The notes beneath the pieces are model-generated. The model was not told the origin of the DNA. It ran no database searches and worked only from the letters and a program-made list of their open reading frames with translations. Below are positions 26,622 through 41,600 of a stretch of 64,000 bases of DNA, one piece after another; within the stretch, counting starts at the first letter, position 1, and every line of letters starts with the position of its first letter. This stretch comes from Antedon mediterranea (Eukaryota > Animalia > Echinodermata). The position numbers and the translations under genes were made by a program. Where the stretch lies: assembly GCF_964355755.1 (NCBI RefSeq), contig NC_092678.1, forward strand, positions 14,410,371 through 14,474,370, in the 5' to 3' direction.

Positions 26622-29600
26622 GTGAGTTGTAAAGTTGAAGAACAATACTATACGAAAACGGCTACGAAAAACATCAATCATTGGTTGTTTTTTTTAAATA
26701 TTGATGTAACTTATTTTATATTTCATATTTGACCGTTACAGATTACAAGATGCTTTTAAGATGAATGACTTGCAACAAATTAAAGAAATATGTCAGAAAA
26801 CTCCAGATCTTTTGAAAAACAAAGATAAGGTAAAACAAAATATAGGCTTTCCATATTACTAATAAGAAAGTATAGTCATTCAATTAGTTCCAAGAAGACA
26901 ATACATTTATGTAAATTGTAAACTGTAATCATTATACCTATATTCAAATACAATGAATACTGTTTAATATCCGGGATCAATAACATATGCTTCAGTGACG
27001 AATGCTGCAAATTAAATAGAAATTAACTACCTGACAAACTACTTAAATCTGTCAAAGTATTTAAAAAGTTGTATAAAAATAATTTGCTCTTAACTTATCA
27101 ATGAGTGTTACAAATATGTTTACATTTACATTGTTTTTTTGCTTTTTTGGTTTTATCGCACTATCTTTGAGTTCATATGCCAACATGTTTAGCTAGTATT
27201 GTCTCGTCCTGTGCTTCAATTATGTTTGTATCATGTATTAATTATTTTGTTAAGGTGGCCAAATATTGTACGAGCTTTGCTCTTTTTTGGTCATCCTTCC
27301 ATTTTTGCTATATATTCATGACACTTGGTTATATTGGAAAATAAAAACTGAAACTGAAACTGAAACATCAGTACTTACTGTTATTGTTTGTCCTACATTA
27401 TGAGATCGGTGTACAGTTACTATAAAAGGTTGGACAAATAGTTAGACGGTCAGAACATTGTATACCTCCATGGTCAGAATGACAGTTTCGAAGTCAAGAG
27501 CCATATTTTGTATGTTTTGAAATAAAAAAACTTCAAAAGCATAATTGAGTTCATCTAAATCCAATCTAGTAAGACTTTTTCGAAATAATTATACAGATAA
27601 TTTATAACGGTGACTAGACTCGACAATAACAACAATGTATTCACTTTTTTCTCTTATCATTAAAGTTATAACAATTATTTACTTCAGGATTGTACAATAA
27701 TTGTTTATGCTTTTGTTTTTCATGATTTCTAAGATCAGCATGTTATTAAACGTAAAGCATAAATGTAACTGATTTTAGTAATATCATAACAGTGTTGAAC
27801 TTACAAAAATTGTCAATGTAACATGAATACAAAACATGTTTGCATTACAGCTGTAATCTATATTTATAAACTACATGGTTATGATTTCTTTCTAGTTTGG
27901 ATACACTCCTCTACATAAGTATTTACTTTGTGCCAACCCTACAACAGAAATAGTGGCTTGTCTCATACGGCATGGCGCACCAGAAACACCACGAACTACG
28001 GTAACATACAATTATAGTATGTCTATTATGTCATTATCGGTTCCAGCAAACATCTCTATTACATTTATGACGTCTCATTTATAATTATTATGAATTATGT
28101 AGAATTAGTTATTACAAATTCAAAAACATTTATTGAATAAAAAATTAATTTAATTAAAAACTATATTGTGTATACATGCCATGAACACATTTTGAAGTGC
28201 GTCTCGCCAATTATGACGTAATATAATCGATTGATTCACACATTTGTATTACAAATAAATAGTAATTCTTCACTTTATCAGTCTAGTTTGTTTAAGTTGG
28301 TTTAAATAATATAATAATTATTCCTTGAAATAATTTTATTTGGGTCCTATTTTATATAAAGGCGTACATTTATTTTTTTATCCAATCAAGTACGATAGAT
28401 AAGCACGAAATAAAAAAGTAAATACTACGTCGTTTTGCAAGCGTACCGGTTTTCAAGAACACTTTTGTTAGTTGCGTTGACGTTGATGCTATATATAACA
28501 AGCCAGATGTGTTGTAAATAAAGTACAAAGTGAATGTAGCTGATTTGTATTGTTTTGTACACTCAGAAGATTTTTGTCAAAACAATGTAGAATTTACAAC
28601 CATTATTAATGTGGCATGACCGAAATATATGTTTGCCTTACAGCTGGAATTTATATTTAAAAATTACTACATGATTATGATTTCTTTCTAGACTGGAGAC
28701 ACTCCACTACATACGTATTTATTCAATGCCAACCCTACAACAGGAATAGTGGCTTTTCTCATACGAAATGGCGTAGCAGTAACATCAAAAAATAAGGTAA
28801 TAATACAATAGTAGGTCTAATTATGCCAGTATTAATAAACATTATCGGTTTATCTGTCTAGATTTTTTTAGTTTTTTACAGAAGATTTTGTCAAAGCAAT
28901 GTAGAATTTACGACCACTATAATTGTGATTGTTTTACAGCTAGAATTGCTATTTATAAATATGATTTCTTTCTAGTATGGAGACACTACACTACATAGGT
29001 ATTTGCGATATTCTAACAGCAATAGTGACTTGTGTCACATAGTATGGCGCATCAGTAACATCACAACATGTAGTAATGTACATACAATCATAGTGGTATT
29101 TATGTCATTATTATGAAAACAGTATCTGTTCCAGCAAACATCTCTATTTCATTTATAATTTGTCATTTATAATTAATATTAATTATTTTGAATTATTTAT
29201 TTCGAATTTTAGAAACAGTTATTGAATGAAACAATAAATGAAGACATGCCATAACCGACAGGTGTTTTTAGAAACAATATTACATAACATAAAGTCAATT
29301 ATGACGTCATATAAATCGATTGTCATTCACACATTGTATTACAATTATAGTAGCACTTCAATATATCCGTCTAGTTTTTTAAGATGGTTTAAATAATATA
29401 ATAATTATCTTTGAAATAACTTTATTTGGGTCCTATTTTATATAAAGGCGTACATTTTCCTTTTTTTTATTCAATCAAGTACGATAGATACATACGAAAT
29501 AAAAAAAGTACTTACAATGACATTTTGCAAGCGTTCCGGTTTTCAAGTACAATGTTGTTAGTTGCGTTGAAGTTGGTCAGTACGGCCATGAATGTAGCTG

Positions 29601-32600
29601 ATTTTTATGTTTTGTACTTTCGGAAGATTTTGTCATAACAATGTAGAATTTACAATCATTATCAATGTGGCATGACCGAAAAATATGATTGTATACAGCT
29701 GGAATTGATATTTATAAACTGCATGCTTACGATTTCTTTCTAGAATGGAGACACTCCACTACATATGTATTTACGATGTGCCAACCCTACAACAGAAATA
29801 GTGGCTTATCTCATACAACACGGCGCATCAGTAACGTCACAAAATAAGGTAACATACAACATTATAGTAGGTTTATTATGCCAGTATTAATAAAACATTA
29901 TCGGTTCCAGCAAACTTCTCTATTCCATTTAAGACGTCTTATTTATATTTAATATGAATTATTTAGAATTAGTTATTGTAATTTCAAACACAGTTATTGA
30001 ATAAAACAATTCATTAAAAACTATTTTGTAGACGTATGCCATGAACGATATGTTTTTGTACAATGTATTATTCTATAAGTGTAGACGATGGTTCTCGAAA
30101 TAATAATGATTCGGGTAAAAAGGTTTTAGAAGGACGTTTTCCTTGTACGTTTTCTGTCGGTTACCGGTATTGAACATGCTTGACATTCGTTAAACTAAAC
30201 CTACTCTGTTTCACAGTGTCTTAGATGATTAAAAACATTTTAATAAAGTATAGTGTTTATTGTTTGGTAGGGCCCTTAAAATGAGAGGGGGCGAGGTGGA
30301 GTTCAATTGAGGGAGGTGCTTATTCGAATGATATGTTTAATTTTTTAGTCTTAATAAAATAAAATGGTAACATTTATAATCACATGGAATCCTCTACTAC
30401 AAATAGTATAACTGTGTAATTATAAATATAATACAATATTGTGTGTATTATAAATGTGGATGAGAGTTTATTAGATAGTTGGGTAGGGGGGGGGGGTTAT
30501 TATTCAAAGTGATGTTTTATTGGAGAGGCGTTTATTCAAATAAATACCATCCTAATAATTAATACATTATTTAACTTAAACAGCTTTTAAAACAATGCAA
30601 TCATAGTGGTATTTATGTCATTATTATGAAAACAGTATCTGTTCCAGCAAACATCTCTATTTCATTTATAATTTGTCATTTTAATTAATATTAATTATTT
30701 TGAATTATTTATTGCGGATTTTAGAAGCAGTTATTGAATGAAACAAAAATGAGACATGTCATAACTGAAATGTGTAGAAACAATATTACGTTACTTAATG
30801 TCAATTATGACATAATTATAATCGATTTTCATACACACTGTATTACAAATATAGTAGCACTTCGATATATCTGTCTAGTTTTTTAAGTTGCTTTAAATAA
30901 TATAGTAATGAACTCTTGAAATAATTTTATTTGGGTCCTATTTTATAGAAAGGCGTAACTTTTCTTTTTTGATTCAATCAAGTAAGTATTCCGCCAAGTA
31001 TTGCAAACGTACCGCATTCCAAGGACACTGTTATTGACGTTTGTCAGTACGGTATGCTATATGTAACAAGCCAGATGTTTTGTAGATAAAGTACAGAATG
31101 AATGTAGCTGATTTGTATTGTTATTTACATTCGGAAGATAATAATGTAGAATTTACAACCATTACTAATACGGCATGACCGAAAAATATGATTGCATTAC
31201 AGCTGGAATTTATATTTATAAACTACATGATTATGTTTTCTTTCTAGTATCGGGACACTCCACTACATAGATATATATTAAATGCCAACCCTACAATAGA
31301 AATAGTGGCTTGTCTCATACACCATGGCGCAGCAGTAACGTCACAAAATGAGGTAATGCACATACAATTATAATATGTTTCTTGTGCCAGTTTTAATAAA
31401 ATCTTATCGGTTCCAGCAAACATATTTATTCCATTTATAATTAATATAAATTATTTAGGATTATTTATAGCAAATTCAAAAACAGTTATTAAATAAAATG
31501 ATTAATTAATTAAAAACTATAATTTTTAGACATGCCATGAACGATATATGTTTGTAGAAACAATTATTTCATAGTATACTAAGTGCGTCTCTCAAATGAC
31601 ATCATATAATATAAAAATAAAACTATAATTTAATTCGTCATTTTTACGAATTATAGGTGTTCATTTTTATAATTTTATTGATAATAATATTTTTTAAACA
31701 TGCACGTATGTTAACATACAATTGGAAAATGTTGATGTATGCCATCCTATTATACGCTTATAGTGCTGTAATATAAAAAAAAAAAAAATACTTACTCCTA
31801 CGTTTTGCAAGTCTACCGGTTTTCAAGTAGACTGATTGTTAGTTGCGTTGACGTTGGTCAGTACGGCATGTTATATGTAACAAGCCAGATGTATTGTAAA
31901 TAAAGAACGAATGAATTTAGCTGATTTTAATTGTTTTTACACAAAAGAATTTACATTATTAACGTGAAATTGAGATATAATTATAAACATGACTATGATA
32001 TCTTTCTAGAATAGAGACACTCCACTACAATTGTATTTACGATGTGCCAACCTTAAAACAGAAATAGTGACGTGTCTCATACAGTATGGCACATCAGTGA
32101 CATCAAAAAATAAGGTAGTGCACATACAATTATACTAGGTATATTATTTCTATATCATTTATGACGTCTCATTTATAATCTACTATAATTAATGCCCGTC
32201 CATATTTTTGTATAATTATTGTAATATTGTTGTATTATGTTGGAGACCCCTTTGGAAAAAAGCTTCTGCTTTCCATGCTTATTTTATTGTCTAGTCTTGT
32301 ATTTTTATATTTAATGTTTCTCTTTTTATTTCATTTACATTATACTGTTTTATATATTTGTACTGTATTTGGAAAGCAATAAATATTACTTACTTACTTA
32401 CTTACTTCAATGGGTATGAGCCCCGCTATTTTTCAGCAAGGAAATCATTCAATATACAATGTATACCATGACCGGAAAACTTCCTTATTTGGGGAAAATC
32501 GTTGGACCTAAATTCGTTTTATTAACTAATCAATAACTAATTATCTAACGCAACTTAATTAGTAAACAGGGTTACATCAGGTGGTTAAAATCAGTACCGA

Positions 32601-35600
32601 ACGTATAAACCAAATTTACCATCGAGTTAAAATTCTAGAAGTAACGCGCGATTTTCCGAATTGTGCCCTTAATGTAAATGTGTATATTACACCTATAACG
32701 TACGTATGAACTGCGCCAAAAACCTACCTTATCCACTTTATTTTGTAACATATTACAATTGATTGAATTATTTAGAATTACTTGCTGCAATAATTATTTA
32801 AAGTAATTATACAAGATCCTACATTTCTTGTGAGATTTGTATATTGTGCAAATTAATTATTGTTCAACCATGTTTTATGTGGACCTGTCATTATAAAATA
32901 GTTATTTACGCCCGTATTCTTAAACCGGACTTTAGTCGTAGACTTTAAAAATGGTGTCATTTTAATTCATAAACCGAACTTCAACTAAATCGTAACTAAA
33001 TCAGGCCAACTTCGACTAAATCGAGACGGTTTTTGATTTTTTTTTTGTCCTGGAAGGGGCAGGCTAAATGGTCGACTAAATGGTTTTTAAACGATGTTTA
33101 TGAAAAACGTAACAGTCATTGAGTTGTTGGCCAGATATTGAAGAATGAAATATCTATTTTGATATTAGCTTAATTAAATATACATTGGTATAAGTTTTAA
33201 TAATGAAAATCATCTTTATTTACAACTGTATACAATTTACATTATTTTCTTTGCGCAAGTCCGACTTGAACTACGTCACGCCATAGCGACAATGGGAGAT
33301 GTGGAAATTCACCACGCGATGGAATGTTTAGGGTGGGTGGGCCTAGCGCCTTCTTGTCACGCTATGAAGTGCGTAGTTCGCGATCATACTTTGTGGGAGG
33401 CCTAGAAAATATGAAAGTTACTGTACGCCATGGTTCCTAAATATATTTTGAAGATTTTGTTTGTTGTTAATCAAAAGTACTTCACTGTTAAATTAATACT
33501 GATCTTGAATTTTAAGTTATAGCTCGAACTACGATTTTTTCAGTCGAACTTTGAACTACGACTAAAGTCCGGTTTATGAATATTATTATACGGGCGTTAG
33601 AATCATGACTGAAAGTAAGAGAATGCACAGACAATTGATATACTTTGGTCTACGTTCACAACATATGCACCAGCAAAACCTTTTATTTCAATTTCTTTGT
33701 GTATTATTATCATTACCTAACTATTATTATTTATTAATTTCTGCAATACATATGTATAAACTCCATGATTCTAATTTCTTTATAGGACGGAAACACCCCA
33801 CTGCATGAATACATGCGTTCAAATGGACCTAATTTAGAAGCAATAGACTATTTCATGAAGCAAGGTGCATCAGTAAGAGCACTAAATAAGGTAATATATG
33901 GCAAGAACAATAGTTATTCTAGGACAAAAATCTGAAAAGATGCTTAGAAATCAAGTTAGGGGCAGTGGAATGTTAGAGGCTGTCAACATAGCCTTCTGAT
34001 CACTCTAAGCTCTGTTGACACTTAATATTTTGTCTCGTCTTGAAATGGCGGCCATTTTTCAAAATGGCTTTCATTTTTATATACAATGTGCATAAAATCG
34101 GATCTAAATAAGGTAGATGCACGATCTTGGTGTCTAAACACATGTACTTCAGACACGGAATCCATTAGGCCTTGTTGACACTTCTTTTTGGCTTTATATT
34201 GAAATGGCGGCCATTTTTCAAAATGGCGACCAATTATATAAAAATGTGCTTAAAATCTAAATATGGTAGATCTACCATATTTAGATTTTAGGCACATTTT
34301 TTTTTCGTGAATATATTCACGATCTTGGTGTCGATACACATGTACTGTAATAGGTTTTTTTTAAACTACTCGTATCAAAAAACCTTAAATCAAATATTTT
34401 CCTCTTGTACAAAAATGGAGTTTTTTGGACAAGTTGTTTTCAAACAGTTTCAGTTTACTTGTTACTTTAAGACTGCTCGCCGGCTTTTTGAAAATTCACT
34501 ATCTTTTAAGACTAGCAGGTCTAAAAACAATACTAAAAATTGGTCCAAAATTGGGACCGTGGTCCGGAATGCCCCAAAATTTAATGGAGTGGTACTTGAC
34601 CACAAATCTATCTAACCCTAATTTTGGTAAAGACCTTGCAATAGCTTTTTGAGTAATCCTGCAAACAAACAGACAAACAAACAAATGAAAGCACTCAGAA
34701 ACTGATTACTTGGCAAATATATATCAATTCAATTCAATTCAATTCAAAATTCTTTAATCATCCCACACGGGGCAATTCAACTAAAAAGGTCTGGATTAAA
34801 ATGATCTTACAAAATATACAAAATATCACAATACACAGAACAACAACAACAAAAAAAGTCAAGTCAATGTTCAAGAATTTAAGAGTCGAATAGCCACTGG
34901 CAAAAACGAATTCCTTTTCCGGTTTGTTCTACATGCCGGGCATCGAAAGCGACGCCCATGAGGCATGAGCTCGAAATCACTGAACAAGGCATGGTTAATA
35001 TTTTTTAGAATAGCTCTACTTTTTCTACTGATAGGGAGCATGTTGAATGATACAATTTTTGGTTTTAGGTATTATCTTTACATGGTTCAAATCATGGGGT
35101 TTATAATTTATTAGGTACGCGATAGACTACATATATCTCCTTAGCGGAGGTAAATAATATTAGTTTATGTAATAGGAGAGCCTAAAGTCAAGATGAAACA
35201 TCTGTGAAGTTACATGCAAATGGATTCAACAAAAGCTGAGGCTTTAAAATCCTAGTCATGGCTCTATACAAACTAAACCTTTACCAATTTTGTGAAACAA
35301 ATTCCAGATTGACGATTTCATGAACAGATAAATTAGGCAACCATTTTGAAAAATGTTAGCTACTGTGCATTTAACTTAAAAAATTAATTAATCAAACTAT
35401 TTAAAGTTATTTATTATATATTTAATGGATTTCTTGCCTGAAAAAAACATTTTGTTTAGACACCAAGATCATTTATCTAGCCTAATTAGTTACACTTTTA
35501 AGCACTTTTTAGAAAAATTATGCAGCAAACCCTTTCACTGCGGAAAATATATTTAAGAAAAATATATGATATTTTAAGAAATTGCAAAATACTAATTGAG

Positions 35601-38600
35601 ATAATTGGGTAATTTTTTTTTGGTGTGAGATGGGCAAATGGTTAGTCTAAGGTTAGGAATTTGCATATTGATGACGTCATGTGACGTCAATACAAGTATT
35701 TTGGATTTCGTTTTTTTTTATTGAATTAATGATAAAAACTATATTTTCTTTAAGAAATTCTTATGGAATACGTTTTTCCAACTTGATATTGATGAAGATA
35801 CGTATAACAAATAAGAAAAAAATGAAATATTTTATTTTTTTGCGTGTTGTGATAAACACGATGTTGCCCTATTGGGGCGGGTACATTTTGTTACATTCAA
35901 AATGGCCGCCATGACGCTACTCAAAACAACTTTCCAAGATAGAAATATTATTATATACTATACTATATATAAAATAACTATAGAGGGCGCATGATTTTCA
36001 AGACGATAATACAGCCTTAAAGGGCGGTTTTTTTTTCTAGAAAAAAAAATTTTCATGACTTGCAAAAATATTCAAGTTCATCAAAAAAATATAGAGGGTG
36101 CTATATATTATAGGCAAATAGGATTAAATCATTGTTTTGCCCATACCTTGTATTACCGGGTAGCGATATTTTTTTACGCTCAACGAAACTGCCAGCTAGC
36201 CAGAATACTGTTTTCTGATTGGATGTTGATGTCATGTGAGATTTTCAAATCACTCACACATGCAGTTCGCCGCAGTAGGTAATTCCCCCTCGCAATCTCC
36301 GATCGGTTGCGACTCGCACTGCTCTAGGCTAGCAATTTACGTGTTGTAGGAATCGTACATTCCAATGGCTCGCTGCCTGAGAGCACGCTGCCGGCCTGAA
36401 ACAACTACTAGCTCCTTGCACAACAGAGAGGCTTGAAATTTCCCGCATTTTTATCGTGTCGCCATCGTTGACATTTTTTCGTAACATTTATTGCTCTTTT
36501 CTATGTAAAATGTTTGAGATAAAATAATTATAAATAAGAGCGGCTAAACCCAAAAAGCGGAAACTTGTGAAGGGTTTCTTGGAAGTATTCACTTTCTCTC
36601 GCCATGGAGTAATCTAATTAATTAATTTAATTTCCATGGAGGAATTCGCCTCTCTTAATGTTTATTTACGTTTCGCGTACGACGTTCATGCATTAATTTC
36701 AATTTCACGTGGAAAAACATGATTTATGCGAAGCGATAAGCAAGTCGCGCCGCGGTAATCTTTTTAGGACCTTCATGACGGCAACATCGGGTTGGCACGG
36801 TCAAAATACACTTTTGTCATCGTCATCCTTTTATTTACTGACAAAAAAAGCTCTATTCCTTTGGCAGAATTACAAGCAACAATTCATTTAAATATATATT
36901 TATAAGTCACAGGGAAATAGTGTTTGTGATTATTTATTATCATTTTTTGAAAATGTTCAACAAATGATGTTGGATCATAAACAAAAACAAATTGACACCA
37001 TCCAGACCAACGTTGTATCGCCAATGCGTGATTTCTTTATTATCCACGTTACAGTATTATCCACAACGATAATCGCTCATGAAAGAACTCGAACCGAGGG
37101 CTCCAGCGTAATAGGTTAAAGCCTTACCACTAGACCAAACATTTCGGTTGGCAAACGCTGTTTACACTAATTATTTAATCTTTCTACATGCTTATATAGC
37201 GCCCTCTATAATGTTCCCTATTATGTCATAATTATTCATGAATTATTCATGATTTCTGCCCACGTTCGTCCTGGAAATAAAAATGACGCCAACCGGTCGG
37301 AGAGTGCGAGGAGGAATTACCTACTGAGGCGAACTGCATGCGTGAGTGATTTGAACATCTCACGTAACATCAACATCCAATCAGAAAACAGTATTCTGGC
37401 TAGCTGGCAGTTTCGTTGAGCGTAAAAAAATATCGCTACCGGGTATACGCAGTGAAAAGGTTATTTAAAAAAAATAGCAGCCAGTTAAGCCTAAATACAA
37501 TTATATTTTAACCTAATCATTATAAATCTAAAGATCGTGAATTTACCATATTTAGATCCGATTTTAAGTGGCCGCCATTTCATTATAAAGCAAAAAATGA
37601 AGTGTCAACAGGACCTAATAAATTCTTTGAAGTACATGTGTTTAGACACCAAGATCATGTATCTACCTTATTCCGATTTTATGCACATTTTATATGAAAT
37701 TAGCGGCCATTTTGAAAAATGGTTGCCATTTCAATACGAGGCAAAAACTAAAGAGTCAACAAGACCTAATGGATTCCATGTCTGAAGTACATGTGTTTAG
37801 ACACCAAGATTGTGTATCTACCTTATTTTTTTTTTGTCTTTTGTGAGATTCACTTACTTTTATTTCATTCTTTACAATTGTTACAATAATCTATATCAAT
37901 TTTGTTTCAGTAGAAAACTATCTCTGCAGCTTAAAGTTTTTTTTGTTTTTCTTATTGTTAGTCTTTTACATATATAAAAAGTTAAAGCATTTAAAAAAAT
38001 AGACAAAAGTTATATAAAAGTATACATCACATAATATAGGTTCACAATTGCCATTACAACATCACAAAATAAAATATACTGTAACTCATATAGCACCAGT
38101 AAATAAAACTAGTAAGGTAGAAGCCATACTAGAATACTAAGTATTGTGTCATAAAAATATTTTCTCGTGTTTTTAGCCTGTTATTGTTTAACAATTATAC
38201 ATTTTTACATTGCTAAAATAATATTTTTTACTGTTTCCCATTTTTTTATGCTTTCCTCTCTTTTATACACTATATCACATTCCATTCTGAATAGAATTCC
38301 TTGTTTAAAAGATTTCCATAAATTAAAATAACTTATATTTGTAACATCAGCCAGTATCTTTTGTTTATAAACCGTGAAAGCAGCAAATGTATATATAAAA
38401 TCAGTAAGAATATTTCTTGTTCCAATTACCAGATTTTGAAAAGACATGTTTATATGATTGGTACCTTTTAAAACAATCTCTATTTTTGTCCAAAAACCTT
38501 GAATAAATTTACAAGTAAAAAACATATGCTCCTCATCTTGTACCTCTCCACATCTACCACATATATCATTATCTTTTAGTTTCCAGATAAACAACCCTTT

Positions 38601-41600
38601 GTTTGTTGCTAAGATTCTATTTAACAGTTTGTAATTAAAGTGTATTAATTTTTTATCTTTCATTTTACAAACTTTAGATAACCAACATGACTTCCAATCA
38701 ATATTCAAATTATGAAAATGTTTTTCCCATTTTCTTTGACAAAACAGAGATAAATACTCTTTGTTGTGATGTCCTTATATCTATTCTTAATGACATTTTC
38801 TGTTATATTATAATAACAATTTTCCTCGTATTTGATTATAGTTTTCCATTGTATTGGTATCGCTTTTAATAAGCACATGTATTCAGTTAACCAGTTTGCT
38901 TTGTACTTTAATTTTACCAACAATTCTTTTGAAGTTATGAATCTATTTTCGTTTATAATATCCTTCACTAAAATAATGCCACATTCAATCCAACGTTTTG
39001 ATTGGTTTTTAAGTTGTATTAACTTATTACCTTATCTACCTTATTTAGATCTAATTTTATGCAACATTTTATATAAAAATGGCGGCCATTTTGAAAAATG
39101 GCCGCCATTTCAAGACGAGGCAAAATATTAAGTGTCAACAGGGCTTATAGTGATCAGAAGGGATTAATAAGGATATCTGGCTATGTTGACAGCCTCTAAC
39201 ATTCCACTCCCTCTAACTCAATTTTTTTCGGATTTGTTGCCTAGACTAAGTAACCTATCTCACGAAGCAAGCCACTTTTATCAGTAAAATTGCAAAATAA
39301 GAGATAATTGATATAATTCGGTCTACGTTCACAGCATATGACCAGCAAAACATTTTATTTCAATTTATTTGTGTATTTGTTATCATTACCTAATTTTAAT
39401 TATTTGCTGCAATACACTGTATGTATACACTTCATGATTTACAATTTCTTTATAGGACGGAAACACCCCACTGCATGAATACATGCGTTCAAATGAACCT
39501 ACCTTAGAAGTAATAGACTATTTCATGAAGCAATGTGCATCCGTAACAGTACTAAATAAGGTAATATATGGCTAGCTAGATATAATGTGTATGATTACAC
39601 CTAACGTATGTCTGCGCCGCAAACATATCTTATCCACTTTATTTTATATAAATTACATAATAGTAAAATAACGCTTAAAAAAGAACGACGTTTCGACTCC
39701 ATCATGGGGTCATTATCAAGTCCAATCAAGACATTCTAAAAAGCAAATAATTACATAACACACGTCAAGGGTCAAAGTTTAAATAACAAACTGCCTATTG
39801 TCTGACATCCTGTTAAATGAAAAGCTTGGCTTTAGAGTCACATTGTTTATTCAGACTAGGTTTTAATTGTCTGATGTAATTCATAAATAAGACAGTCACG
39901 TTTGTGTTTGCATTTCCTAAGTATAGGCTACTAAAACATGAATTAATTCTACTTGTATTAGCAATCGCATTAAGATCCTTTAAATGCTGAAATATTAAAC
40001 ATCTATTATGTTCAACATTTGTGCTATATGTCAACGACATGGAATCGGCCGTTGATTGTGAGTTGTTGCTATATACAGATGATTGCCTCTTCTCTAACAC
40101 AATGTCATTATGACTATGGGTGCTGTGTATGGTACTCATGTGCAAATAAATATATTAAAAATAGGCTACAGACGTCTCAAAACAAAACTATTAGGTGCAT
40201 TTCGAACCTAGGACCACGGTCTCATATAGGTATACATGAGTTTGTCAACTTAAATTTGTTGCCAGTTGACCTAAAGTGCTCCAACTTACCTGGATACAAA
40301 TACCCTGACGAGACAACGTCACAATCACAATGCAAGATTTGCTAGAGACAGCATTTCGATCCAAATTCTAGTCATAGGAACTTCACTTCCTTATTTTGTT
40401 CAAAGCTCCTCTTCATTAAAATCATTTAAACAGAGATCTAAAGGTTATTTTTGTGAAATTCTTAGATTAAGAGACATTTAATTTGCTATATGTTTGTGTA
40501 TTATGTTTAAGTAATTGTGGTTTCCTTGTTTATTTTGTTATATTTTTTTAGGACCACAATGGAAATACGTTTGCCGTCTCGGTACTTTTTTGTGTTTTTA
40601 TCCTATGATTTTATGTCAGAATAAAGAAATAAATAAATAAAATAAAACAATGCGTTGGTAGAGGTGTCGGCATGTATATCCAACATAACTTACAAAGTAA
40701 CATTCAAATGTATACACAACACATTGCAATTGCTGACTTATTATAGTTTGGTTCCTTTTTCCTTTTTAATGTTATCGGTAACTTTTCTACCTGTGAATAC
40801 AGGGACATACAATGTTTTTTGTTAATCTTTTAACATAGTTGTTTGTCATAGGTGTCGCTTGAACGAGTTCACATTTTTTCTGGTCTTTGAATGGCAGGAT
40901 GATTCGGACTGTTTTTTTTCAGTTTTATTATGTGTTTCACTTAGTTCAATGTTGTTATTGCTCTCTGTTGCTTCTGTGGTGTTTGTTATTAGTGTATCTG
41001 GATATTTCAGACCCTTACAATCTTCCTTAAATTATTAATTATATACATTCTTCATTAAATAGATGGTGGGTCGACGATAACACAATTACAAATCTCCAAA
41101 TCTTTGATTATAAGCATTCCTAAAAAGTGATTGAATTGTTCACATCATGTTCTATTGTAAACGCTATCGCAGGATGGAACCAAAAATTCAACTAGATTGG
41201 GCATAAATACTAAAATGTCATCAAAATACCGCTTGTAGTATTTGTGCTTGTTTATTTACTTATTTTCAATCTTTCTACATAGGAAAAAAACAACCATATA
41301 AGTATAACAGGGGAGTAGCGGAAAAGCAAAAGTATAAAACTGTCATCTTGTGATGTGCTTGACCAGCCCCTGTCAACTTGAACGATACAATAAAACCAAC
41401 ATTAACAAATTTTGAAAAATACATAGAAAAATATGGTATAATAAAATGTTAACAAAAGTGTTATAAAAATGCAATTGCTATCTGAACAATCTGATTGTGT
41501 AAAAGTTAAAAATTCTGATTGTATAAAAGTTAAAAATTCTTATTGTATAAAAGTTAAAAATTATGAATGTATAAAAGTTAAAAATTCTGATTGTATAAAA

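Larger units (their letters stand above)
33911..39248. mobile_element. Large non-autonomous TIR element with subterminal repeats and nested insertions
   Basis: ~33920-34340 is inverted relative to ~37530-37828 plus 39033-39248 (gtggaatgttagaggctgtcaacatagcc; repeated aaatggcggccatttt and atcttggtgtctaaacacatgtac); no clear TSD. Confidence 0.7.

Noticed and set aside
37080-37145. tRNA-like sequence on the minus strand (A box tggtctagtgg, B box ggttcgagt), second copy near 46720-46775
   Set aside because: No complete acceptor stem; embedded in a dispersed repeat, so a tRNA-derived fragment rather than a tRNA gene.
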